Source: an uncultured Syntrophales bacterium (GTDB lineage: Bacteria > Desulfobacterota > Syntrophia > Syntrophales > JADFWA01). From it: a DNA stretch of 64,000 bases. Within the stretch, counting starts at the first letter, position 1. Each line of letters begins with the position of its first letter. This document shows positions 49,229 to 58,386 of the stretch, in pieces. The stretch covers positions 352 to 64,351 of the forward strand of contig CAZYTP010000001.1 of assembly GCA_964650385.1 (NCBI GenBank). The letters run 5' to 3'. A program made the position numbers and the translations under genes. A model generated the notes under the pieces. It was not told the origin of the DNA and made no database searches. It saw only the letters and a program-made list of their open reading frames with translations.

Positions 49229-49244
49229 AGCAAGTTATGTGCCA
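49229..49244 (-). promoter_or_regulatory. Sigma-54 promoter (consensus-perfect) for the 47394-49112 gene
   Basis: The minus strand reads TGGCAC-ATAAC-TTGCT, 117 nt upstream of the ATG at 49112. Confidence 0.75.
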
Positions 49245-49527
49245 TATCATTATATGAAGCTTAGATCTTAAGCCGGTTATGTTTGTCAGGTGCGTGCAAG
49301 TATTTTCGTGTCGTTTTGTGAGACCTGAACGTTGTCAGTATTTTGACACACAGGAGCCCTACGGCTCTGTGAAACTAAACTGCAAATTCTGCCGTTTCAC
49401 GAACCAGTGAATAGAGTTTTTTCTTACTTTGCACCAGTTCGACACGATCAAAACTTGTCCAATAGGACAGGACATATAATTTCATGTTAACCTTGTTAAA
49501 AACATTGATCGAACTGTCTCCAACAAA

Positions 49528-49543
49528 TGGCACAACCTTTGCT
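49528..49543 (+). promoter_or_regulatory. Sigma-54 promoter (consensus-perfect) for the 49672-53430 genes
   Basis: TGGCAC-AACCT-TTGCT, 129 nt upstream of the ATG at 49672. Confidence 0.75.
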
Positions 49544-49671
49544 TTATGTTTAAGCCATTGCTGTATCAGTCAGCCGAAGATTTCAAATCGGCAAATGGCT
49601 GTTTTGCTTAATGGTTTGTGTTTTTATAATGTTACAACGTTTTTAAATTATAACGTTTAGACAATAGTGAT

Positions 49672-51825
49672 ATGGACAATTTATTGATTTCTTATATTGA
49701 ACCGCCACCAAATATGCATTCAGTCAGAATGCAGGATGATTACATTTCAAAACCCGGCAATATACACTTTATCCATTTGTCAAACCTACATCAATGTGCA
49801 CGTGATGTGATAAAGAAGACTGATGTTCTCGTCATTAAAGACATCTGCGATCCAGACCTCATACCTTTAATACAAGAACGTAAAAAAGTGAACAAACTGA
49901 CTGTTTATGAGTTAACTGACCTTATGATTTTCCAGCAATCAGTGCATGCCTTGAATGATCGGTACGAAATTATAAAGAATGATCATCTTCTCAAGTTACT
50001 ACTTTATCACTGCGATGTCATACAATTTAGCACACTCGATTTACAAGAAATCTATGGATATTTAAACTCTCATTTAACCGCAATCGGGGATCAAGGAAGA
50101 TATGAAACCATTGCCGAATCTTACCGTTCACTTTCAAAGTTCCGTGACGTACCCATCACCGAAAATGATAAAGGCACAAACATCTTTCAAGAATTATCAT
50201 CAATAGAAGGCGCTCAGGTATTAGAACATCACCTTTTTCTAAGGCCTGCCCGTTTTGAAGAATTACTGCACAATGGCTTAATCCTTAAAAAAGATACGAA
50301 AAAAAAGAAAGCCGCATTAGAGAGTTTCGAGGAAGCTATAAAACTATTCCCACAAAACTCCCTTCCATTCCTTCTATGTGCTTCAATAATGCCTGATCCG
50401 ATTGAGGCTCTTAGCACGGCACTAAAATTGAACCCGCAATCTATCAGTGCCTGGATTTTGCTTGCTGAAGAGTACATTAAATTACAAAACTGGAACGCTT
50501 CTTTACAGGCATTAGAATTTGCAGCAAACATGGTGCCCCACTGCGACATTCCTTATCTAAAAGCTGCTCAAATCATGAAAATCCTTAATCGAAAGGATGA
50601 GTGGTTAACGCTAATAGATAAAGCTCAATCTTCAGTATCTGCTCTTTCAATAACTTCACAGAAACTGGATGATCACACATCCTCTCGGAAAACTTCATCC
50701 TATCCCAAACGAGCTTTTTTACTTGCCTCAAAAAAAAGCATCCTTCACGATGATTGCGTGGGTGGATTAAAGGAATTGGGATGGGAAGTAAAAAGTGAAT
50801 TGTTTAGCAGCAACAGCCACAATGAACCTGATGCTCATGAAAAATTAACTCTTAAGATCCGCAATTATAATCCACACCTTGTTTTTTCTATCAATCAGGC
50901 CGGATGTGACGCGGAAGGGTATGTTTTCTCAGCCCTCTTTCAGGCTGGCATTCCAGCTGTCATCTGGTATGTGGATAATCCTTTTGCTCTTTTGCCGGAG
51001 GGCAGTGACAGGATGGTTCAACATGCCTCCGTTCTGGCGTGTTTTGATTCATCATATGTGACGGATTTACAAAATAAAACAAACATCACATCTATTAGTT
51101 TACCACTTGGGACAAATCCTAAAAGGTTTAATACTCACATATCAAATGACTTAGAATCATGGAATATTTCTTTTGTAGGCAATCTCGACCTTGATATGGT
51201 ATCACGCCAGCGGACAGCGCTCGAAACGGACCATGCTCATCTTGTTGACTTGGTGGATGAAATAGTAAAAAAATTGATGTCCGGTAAATCATCAAGAGCA
51301 TCCAGCGCGCTGTTAAAAGACATTGCTTCATTATTTTCAATCGACTGGCATGCCCTGCCCCACACTCTTAAAGAAAGAATTTGCATCGTTGCAGAAACGG
51401 ATGCTTCGGCAAAAAAGCGCGCCGAGATTATTTCAATGCTGAGCGATGAAGAAATTAAGGTCATTGGTGGCCCCGAGTGGCAACCCTTTTTGCGCCCGGA
51501 ACAACTTTTCCCCCCGGTTAATTATTTAAGTGAATTATGTCCGGTATACCAAAAAAGCCGCATCAATCTAAACATTTCGAAATTCCAGCTACGATCCGGG
51601 GTAAACCAGCGTATATTTGATGTCCCAGCAGCAGGCAGTTTTGTGTTAACCGATCAAACATCTGATCTGGAACAATATTTTCGACCAGATGAAGAGGTTG
51701 CTATTTATAGAGATGCTGAGGAAATGAAGAGCAAAGTGAAATTTTATCTAAATCATGAGCATGAAAGGCTGTCAATTATTAATAAAGCTCGTAGAAGAGT
51801 TCTGAATGAACATACATACATATAA
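49672..51825 (+). CDS. chimeric protein: GT N-half remnant + TPR module + CgeB-like glycosyltransferase domain
   Basis: 717 aa. Residues 1-145 and about 165-330 are paralogous to the N- and C-terminal parts of the next gene. The C-terminus (INLNISKFQLRSGVNQRIFDVPAAGSFVLTD) is CgeB-like. Confidence 0.75.
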   Translation: MDNLLISYIEPPPNMHSVRMQDDYISKPGNIHFIHLSNLHQCARDVIKKTDVLVIKDICDPDLIPLIQERKKVNKLTVYELTDLMIFQQSVHALNDRYEIIKNDHLLKLLLYHCDVIQFSTLDLQEIYGYLNSHLTAIGDQGRYETIAESYRSLSKFRDVPITENDKGTNIFQELSSIEGAQVLEHHLFLRPARFEELLHNGLILKKDTKKKKAALESFEEAIKLFPQNSLPFLLCASIMPDPIEALSTALKLNPQSISAWILLAEEYIKLQNWNASLQALEFAANMVPHCDIPYLKAAQIMKILNRKDEWLTLIDKAQSSVSALSITSQKLDDHTSSRKTSSYPKRAFLLASKKSILHDDCVGGLKELGWEVKSELFSSNSHNEPDAHEKLTLKIRNYNPHLVFSINQAGCDAEGYVFSALFQAGIPAVIWYVDNPFALLPEGSDRMVQHASVLACFDSSYVTDLQNKTNITSISLPLGTNPKRFNTHISNDLESWNISFVGNLDLDMVSRQRTALETDHAHLVDLVDEIVKKLMSGKSSRASSALLKDIASLFSIDWHALPHTLKERICIVAETDASAKKRAEIISMLSDEEIKVIGGPEWQPFLRPEQLFPPVNYLSELCPVYQKSRINLNISKFQLRSGVNQRIFDVPAAGSFVLTDQTSDLEQYFRPDEEVAIYRDAEEMKSKVKFYLNHEHERLSIINKARRRVLNEHTYI

Positions 51826-51882
51826 ACACCGAATGAAACAGTTAATAAACTTTTTGGGATTAATGTAATACAAAACCGAACC

Positions 51883-53430
51883 ATGATTCATAAAACTACC
51901 CCATATGATATCGTCATCGCCCAGGTCGAACCACCACAGCAGGAAGAAGGCGGTGACTATTACTACAGGACTTACGCGCCAGGCATTGCAATGGCCGAAG
52001 AAGAAGGCATATATGTTATAAATCTGACTAACGTACATCGTAAAAAGGATGCAATTGTAAGACATGCCGATGTTCTCATTTTGAAAAACGTATGCGATCC
52101 CGATATGCTCCCCTTTATCAAAGAAAGGCGGCAAGAAAAGAAACTGACTGTTTATGAGTTGGCGGACGATATTTGTGCAATTCCGCCATGGAACCCGGTA
52201 CATTTTTTTTACAAAGATCCGGAAAATCTTCTCCTTTTCAAAAGATCTGCTAACTATTGCGACTCAATGCAATTCAGCGTACCTGAGCTGAAAAAAATCT
52301 ATGGTTATCTGAACGAAGCTTCAGTTGTATTCCCAAATCAAATATCAACAGTGCCACCGGAAAAGAAATACGAAAACAAATCGGATGTCATCATCGGATG
52401 GGGCGGTTCTCACGGCCATTTAGAAGATATGGTCGATATAGCAGAAACTCTTATTGACTGGATCATGTCAAAAAACAATGTCCATCTTTTTCTTATGTGT
52501 TCAGAACCAATCTGGTCACTATTTAATCGATTGTCTGCTACACGCAAAAAGTGGTTTAAGCCTGGCTCTCTTAATGACTATTATGCATTCCTTGAAAGAA
52601 TCGATATCGGCCTTGCACCATTGAAAGATACGGCATTCAATAGATCAAGGTCGGACGTAAAGTTTTTGGAATATGCCACTCACGGTATAGTTCCTGTTGT
52701 ACAAGCAACGGTGCCATATAATTCTACCGTAAAACAAGGAATAACAGGCTTTTTGTTTAAAGATGCGACCGATATGATAGATACCCTCGGAATACTTACG
52801 GACGATATACGTCGTATCCCCGAAGTAGGAAAAGCTGCGCGCGACTACGTTACCGAAAAACGCCTCCAGCATCACCACGGAAAAGACAGAACGGAGTTTT
52901 ATAAGGCAAAACTGGCAGAGATTCGCAACGGTCAATCCGTGAAAAATGATACCAACAAAATATTTGAATCTCTTAATAATATTGAAGGCGCAATATGCAA
53001 TGGCCAGCATTTAAGATTGCTGCCCACCCGCTTTGAAAGTCTATTGCACGATGGGTTAATCTCTGGTCAAGTAGAAAATAATGCGGCATTGGCCCGGGCA
53101 CTTTTCCTGGAAGCATCTCAATTGGAACCCGAAAATTATCTCCCTTACCTGTTCGGGGCAAGTTACTCGGAAGATCCTGTTTCTTCATTACAACAGGCCA
53201 TCGAAAAAAAACCGAATTCAATAAAATCATGGATTATGCTGGGTGAAGAATATGCCAGGCAAGGGGATATTGCCAGATCAGTCCAATGTTTTGAGTCAGC
53301 TTCTGAAATTTTCCCTGAATATGAGATCCCATATATGAGGGCTGCTTCACTTATGGAAAAGGTAGGTCTTGATAGAGAAGTGAAAATTCTGACAGAAAAA
53401 TCTGAAAAACTGATCAGCCCGCTGAAATAA
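51883..53430 (+). CDS. GT-B-type glycosyltransferase with a C-terminal TPR module
   Basis: 515 aa. The central segment IIGWGGSHGHLEDM...DIGLAPLKDTAFNRSRSDVKFLEYATHGIVPV is GT-B-like. The C-terminal ~140 aa are TPR-like helices. Confidence 0.7.
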   Translation: MIHKTTPYDIVIAQVEPPQQEEGGDYYYRTYAPGIAMAEEEGIYVINLTNVHRKKDAIVRHADVLILKNVCDPDMLPFIKERRQEKKLTVYELADDICAIPPWNPVHFFYKDPENLLLFKRSANYCDSMQFSVPELKKIYGYLNEASVVFPNQISTVPPEKKYENKSDVIIGWGGSHGHLEDMVDIAETLIDWIMSKNNVHLFLMCSEPIWSLFNRLSATRKKWFKPGSLNDYYAFLERIDIGLAPLKDTAFNRSRSDVKFLEYATHGIVPVVQATVPYNSTVKQGITGFLFKDATDMIDTLGILTDDIRRIPEVGKAARDYVTEKRLQHHHGKDRTEFYKAKLAEIRNGQSVKNDTNKIFESLNNIEGAICNGQHLRLLPTRFESLLHDGLISGQVENNAALARALFLEASQLEPENYLPYLFGASYSEDPVSSLQQAIEKKPNSIKSWIMLGEEYARQGDIARSVQCFESASEIFPEYEIPYMRAASLMEKVGLDREVKILTEKSEKLISPLK

Positions 53431-53635
53431 ATTGCAGAAAACCGTGCATAACCAAATCCGGTAAGTACGGTAACAGTTTTTGTAACCGTTCACGGTTTAC
53501 AGTTGTCGGTTCACGGTTAAAAAAACAGAAGGTAGGGGAAAATTATGGGATTCTCTTTTGAAGATTTCTCGTTCCCATGTTCCCGCGTGTTAATGTGTAA
53601 CGGTAAACGGACAACCGTAAACAGTTAGCAGTTTT

Positions 53636-54844
53636 TTATATTTTCACTTTGTCCATTAACTGGCGGAATTTTTTAATTAATCTTTCCGGTTGAATGGATA
53701 ACAGGCAGGGGCTGAACTCTGTATCTTTTTCTTTGGCCTCCGGACATACACCTGTTCTCTTCCACCTGTCTTCCTCTTTAAGGTCATCTTTCCAAACCCT
53801 GTCTAAACCACAAGGAGATTTGCATGTAACACCGGAATAGTCGGCGTTTAAAGGTACGATGGTTGGATAATATCGGATCCGCAGATCAGCTCCTACAGGA
53901 CCGAACAAAACCAGTCCGGGTTTTTCTAAAGCAGCTGCAATGTGGTAGGTACAGGTATCGGCAGAAACAACCGCATCACAGTTCTTGATTGCAGTGACGT
54001 AGTCCTGAAGGCTTTTCATCTGATCGCTTAAGTTCAGAACTTCAAGCCCTAAACGACTAATCTGCTCATTGGTGCGCTGAGCATCCGTATGTTCATGAGC
54101 AGAAATGAAGAGAACATCGGGGAATTTTTCAGGCAATACGGAAAGAACATCCAGAGGAACATCCCTTGTCATAGTGCTTGTTAACCAGTGTAGGAGCACA
54201 ATTGGCCGGCCTTGATTTTTTTGCCTCATATTTAAAAAGATATTATCAATGTTTGGGGATTGCGCCAGTTGATCCGGAATGGAGGGGTACTTGTCTTTCA
54301 CCGTCGTGTAATCAATGTTGAAACAGTATAAACAATAATCTGTCAGGTTCAATTCTTTATAGAGGGACAACGACGTGCCTGGAAAATCAAGATAATAATC
54401 TGCCTCCATAAAATGACTCATCCTGACAGGCATAGGAAACAGGCGAGTAACGTCAGGATTTCCTTCATAAAGACAATGACTGACCTTTTCTGTAACCAGC
54501 CAGATCTGGGACCCCACTGGCATTTTTAGCTTAAGCTGTCTGATAGCAGAAGCCATCATTATGTGATCTCCGATACCTCCGCTCCTGATAATTATGAGTT
54601 TGCTGTTAGCTGGCAACTCTGAGGGAGAGTTCTTTAAAGGCTGAGGAAATCCCGGAATGAGGTGGGCATCGAATTTTGCCTGTAATAAAACTGGGCTATG
54701 TCTTGTCAAAAGTATGGACCCGATGGGATCATCGCACATCAGAATATTATTCAGGTCAACTCTTGGGTATGATACCGGTTCCAGATCATACACCTCTCCG
54801 AATATAGTCGCCTTTCGCTTTTGACTAACGGCCAAAAATATCAT
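53636..54844 (-). CDS. glycosyltransferase family 9 (heptosyltransferase-like)
   Basis: 402 aa with IIIRSGGIGDHIMMASAIRQLK and DAVVSADTCTYHIAAALEKPGLVLFGP. Confidence 0.8.
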   Translation of the reverse strand: MIFLAVSQKRKATIFGEVYDLEPVSYPRVDLNNILMCDDPIGSILLTRHSPVLLQAKFDAHLIPGFPQPLKNSPSELPANSKLIIIRSGGIGDHIMMASAIRQLKLKMPVGSQIWLVTEKVSHCLYEGNPDVTRLFPMPVRMSHFMEADYYLDFPGTSLSLYKELNLTDYCLYCFNIDYTTVKDKYPSIPDQLAQSPNIDNIFLNMRQKNQGRPIVLLHWLTSTMTRDVPLDVLSVLPEKFPDVLFISAHEHTDAQRTNEQISRLGLEVLNLSDQMKSLQDYVTAIKNCDAVVSADTCTYHIAAALEKPGLVLFGPVGADLRIRYYPTIVPLNADYSGVTCKSPCGLDRVWKDDLKEEDRWKRTGVCPEAKEKDTEFSPCLLSIQPERLIKKFRQLMDKVKI

Positions 54845-55331
54845 TCCCGCTCACCACTAATATTTTTATGCTCACGTATAAAAAGTTAAAAATGCCTATA
54901 TTGCTTACTGCAATAAAATATAAATATCTTCCTTAGATTAGCAATATGACTTCTTTTTATATTTCAGCATCAGATAATTGTCAAATCCAAACTGCCTTTC
55001 ATAAATATCCGATTATTTAACGGCAAATTCTTCCTATTTTATGTGCCATAAAATTGACATTATTCCCCGTAAAAACCATCCAGAAAATATAAAAGCTTGA
55101 TATTACGAGCATATTGTCCGTAAACGAACTGGCATATTTATTGCTCACATTAAATTGAAAGTTAAAGTTAAAGAAACTTTTTACGAAAATATCATTAAAT
55201 CTAAACCTCTGTTTTACAAGTACCATGAGGAAAACTTTAGTACATTTCGAAAATTGTCATGGAGGGCATCTTGTAATCCAAGGGGGCGGAGCCTACCCTG
55301 AAGTCGAGAAACATTTGCAGATTCAATCTTG

Positions 55332-56390
55332 TTAAGGAGTTTTATTTAGAATTTGCTCGACCTTATTCAGAATGGAAATTGCATCTTTTGGGCGCCCTGT
55401 TTTTATGTATATTTGGCTCATCAAAGCCGCCCCAACAGTCTTTAACATGTTGATATTTATTGGAAGGAGTAGATCAGGCATTTGACAATCCATAAGACTA
55501 TTCAGTGATTTCAGAGAGTTGCTCATGTCATTTTCTTCATAAGCAAGTCGTCCTCTGAGATACAAGCAGCGAGGATAGTTCTTTTCTATGTCTTCCGCCT
55601 TTTCCAGCCATGTCATAACCTCCGGCTGTAGTATCTGCTCTTTCTTTAAACCCAACTCTACCAATTCCAGGGCCGCGCCCAGGGCAAGGTGGCGTTTATC
55701 AGGAGCTGCAATGGATAATTCCCAGGCCTTCAGGAACGCTTCTTTCGCGCTGGCATATTTCTTCAAATCCAGCCAGGCCATCGCAGCCATATAGTGAAGG
55801 AACCCGTCATCCGGATAGTCCATAAGGTCTTCTTCCAAAAGCTTGATATTGCGCTTTTGTTTTGCAGTTACTGCACTTTGATCCGTATAACCCGTGTGGA
55901 TAATATTAATTTCCTTAAAAATAATGGGAATTCCTTTTTCCATCAGTGCCGGACGTATCTGCTCATGGACACGATATTTGAATTCGAGACCCAGGGCGTT
56001 GGGAAACATTCGAATCTGCGCTGAAGAGATTCCCGTGATTCCGTCTTGCGTGCTCTGTATAACGAATGCAAAGGCCTTTTCAGGAGGGTTTTTTTTTAAT
56101 TCTGCAATGCTGAACAACGAATTATCCGGAATGAGGTCGTCTGCATCGACATACAAAATCCACGGATTTCGCGCTTCTTTTAAGGATTTGTTTCTTGCGC
56201 AGGAAAATGAGTCGTTCCACGGAAAAAAGCTGACTTCAGCACCCATATCCTTTGCCACTTGTATGGTGTTATCTTCTGAGCCAGTGTCTACAACGACAAT
56301 TTGCTCACAAACAGGTGAAAGGCTTTTAAGCAATGATGTCAAACGATGGGCTTCATTCTTTACAATAATACAACAGGACAGAGAATACAT
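55332..56390 (-). CDS. glycosyltransferase family 2 fused to a C-terminal TPR region
   Basis: 352 aa. CCIIVKNEAHRL, VVVDTGSEDNT and YVDADD form the GT2 core, followed by a TPR-like helical region. Confidence 0.85.
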   Translation of the reverse strand: MYSLSCCIIVKNEAHRLTSLLKSLSPVCEQIVVVDTGSEDNTIQVAKDMGAEVSFFPWNDSFSCARNKSLKEARNPWILYVDADDLIPDNSLFSIAELKKNPPEKAFAFVIQSTQDGITGISSAQIRMFPNALGLEFKYRVHEQIRPALMEKGIPIIFKEINIIHTGYTDQSAVTAKQKRNIKLLEEDLMDYPDDGFLHYMAAMAWLDLKKYASAKEAFLKAWELSIAAPDKRHLALGAALELVELGLKKEQILQPEVMTWLEKAEDIEKNYPRCLYLRGRLAYEENDMSNSLKSLNSLMDCQMPDLLLPININMLKTVGAALMSQIYIKTGRPKDAISILNKVEQILNKTP

Positions 56391-56637
56391 AATATTTTAC
56401 GGGTATCAAGTTATCAAAAGGATTCAAAACATCTTCATTACAAATTTTAAACCCGGATTTTGCAACAATTATCTGCTGTATAATCTGGGTTTAACAATTT
56501 TTTCTAATGCTTGATAGTTATCACACGCATATTTTCACGTCAACTTCTGAAATTTATCATTCTGAAACTTTAAGATGAAATTTAATACGCGCAAAACGGA
56601 CCGTAATTTAACGCAACGAGAAAATAAAGGAGGTACA

Positions 56638-57183
56638 ATGAATTCACTCAATACAAAACCCTTTTTAGAAAAGAGGGAGGAACAGTTTCAGAAAAGTCAA
56701 TTGCCTTCCGAGGTTAACTCTGACATTGATAAAGTCAACGAGGAAATCCAGAAGTACCTGGAAAAAGGGGATGTTAGCGCAGCTATGCCTCTCTTTGAAA
56801 AGGCTATCCATGAAGGTAATACGAATGAAGAGTTGCTTAACAATCTCGGTTATGCCTGCTGGGAATTGGGGCATAAAGAAAAGGCGCTGGAGTGCTTCTA
56901 TAACGCTGCTATTTTAAAACCCGTAGATATGGACATCCTGGCAAATTTTGTTGACGCATCTTATGAACTCAGGCAATTCAGCCTGCTCGAAGAATACCTG
57001 CGGGTTATGGCAAACGCCAATCCAAAGGTAAATGAATATCTATATCTTCTCGCCGATTGTTTATTTAAACAAGATAGACATACAGAGGCAATAGATGCTC
57101 TGGAAGAGCTGCTATCGAAGGAACCTGATTACCCGGGAGCACAAGAGTTGATGGCTGAGTTAAAAAAAAGCAAGGTGGGGTAG
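56638..57183 (+). CDS. stand-alone TPR protein
   Basis: Start moved to the ATG at 56638 behind AAGGAGG. TPR repeats are present (LLNNLGYACWELGHKEKALECFYNAAILKP...). Confidence 0.7.
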   Translation: MNSLNTKPFLEKREEQFQKSQLPSEVNSDIDKVNEEIQKYLEKGDVSAAMPLFEKAIHEGNTNEELLNNLGYACWELGHKEKALECFYNAAILKPVDMDILANFVDASYELRQFSLLEEYLRVMANANPKVNEYLYLLADCLFKQDRHTEAIDALEELLSKEPDYPGAQELMAELKKSKVG

Positions 57184-57235
57184 CATGCGAAATGACCAAA
57201 CAGACAAAAACCAAGTTTCATTCACTTAAAAAAAC

Positions 57236-58321
57236 ATGATCAACGCCTACGCAAATTATTTCGGAAATCTTGGCTACAACATTCATGGCAGAAATTTTTT
57301 CAATGCCCTCGATGCCTTGGAAGATGTGTGCCTGGTAAGTTTCAATAATCCTGAAACCCGTGATGAATTCACGCCTCAGGCTGTTAAAATGTTAAAAAGA
57401 GGCTTCTACATCGATTTTAATAATGTTGCTGTATGTCTTGAATACGGAAACTCCATGCACAAATTCTGTGGCAGAAAAAGAATCGGTTATACCGTCTGGG
57501 AATCTACGCTTGTCCCAAAAGATTGGATTAATCAGCTCAGGCAGTTGGATCAGGTCTGGGTTCCTTCATCATGGGGTCGTGAAGTTTTTGTTGGAAATGG
57601 TATTCCTGAGGACTGTATACAGGTTGTTCCAGAAGGGGTCGACACATCCATCTTTAACCCTGACATTACGAAATTTGATGAACTCGACAATGGGAAATTT
57701 AAATTTCTGGTTGTTGGGAAATATGAAGAACGAAAGTGCACAAAAGAAATCATCCTTTCTTTTGCGGAAGAGTTCAACAGGGAAGAACCTGTTGAATTGG
57801 TTCTTCTCTGCCACAACTATTTTATTAAGGATTTTGACATAGTAAAGGAGATAGAGAAGCTTAACGTGGCACAGGCGAATATCAGAATTATCAAATATGT
57901 GCCCAGCCTGAATGATGTGGCACGGCTATATAAAAGCTGTGACGTCTTTTTGATGCCTTCCCGGGCGGAAGGATGGGGACTCCCTATTATGGAGGCCATG
58001 GCCTGTGGCCTCCCTGTCATTACTACCAATTACAGCGGTCAAACAGAATTTGTAAACGAAAAAAATGCTTATATAACTGAAATAAAAGGACTGGTTGACA
58101 TTAAAGACCCCGTTTTTTTTGATCCGAGGATATACCACGGCCAGTGGGCAGAACCGGATTTTGAACATTTTAAAAATCTTATGCGACACGTTTACGAACA
58201 TAGAGACGAAGCGAGAAAAAAGGGTGAGTTCGCGGCTAAAGATATGAGACAGAATTGGGAGTGGAGCAATAGCGCACGCATTGCCCACAAACATATATGT
58301 GCTTTACGAGAAGATAACTAG
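57236..58321 (+). CDS. glycosyltransferase family 1 (GT4-type)
   Basis: 361 aa with the E-x7-E region VFLMPSRAEGWGLPIMEAMACGLPVITTNYSGQTEFV. Confidence 0.85.
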   Translation: MINAYANYFGNLGYNIHGRNFFNALDALEDVCLVSFNNPETRDEFTPQAVKMLKRGFYIDFNNVAVCLEYGNSMHKFCGRKRIGYTVWESTLVPKDWINQLRQLDQVWVPSSWGREVFVGNGIPEDCIQVVPEGVDTSIFNPDITKFDELDNGKFKFLVVGKYEERKCTKEIILSFAEEFNREEPVELVLLCHNYFIKDFDIVKEIEKLNVAQANIRIIKYVPSLNDVARLYKSCDVFLMPSRAEGWGLPIMEAMACGLPVITTNYSGQTEFVNEKNAYITEIKGLVDIKDPVFFDPRIYHGQWAEPDFEHFKNLMRHVYEHRDEARKKGEFAAKDMRQNWEWSNSARIAHKHICALREDN

Positions 58322-58386
58322 AAAAATTCTTTTAAATACAAAAGAGGGCAAACAAACCAAAACTGGAGAGTTTAGAGTAAAATTCC

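Noticed and set aside
49374-49484. A 36-codon minus-strand ORF (MKLYVLSYWTSFDRVELVQSKKKLYSLVRETAEFAV) between the divergent promoters.
   Set aside because: It has no RBS, lies upstream of (not behind) the minus-strand sigma-54 promoter, and has no recognisable family. It is probably chance or a tiny remnant.
55040-55055. The minus strand has TGGCACATAAA…, identical in its -24 half to the promoter at 49244-49229, about 200 nt upstream of the GT9 gene at 53636-54844.
   Set aside because: The -12 region reads ATAGG with no GC dinucleotide at the required spacing. It is at best a degenerate relic.
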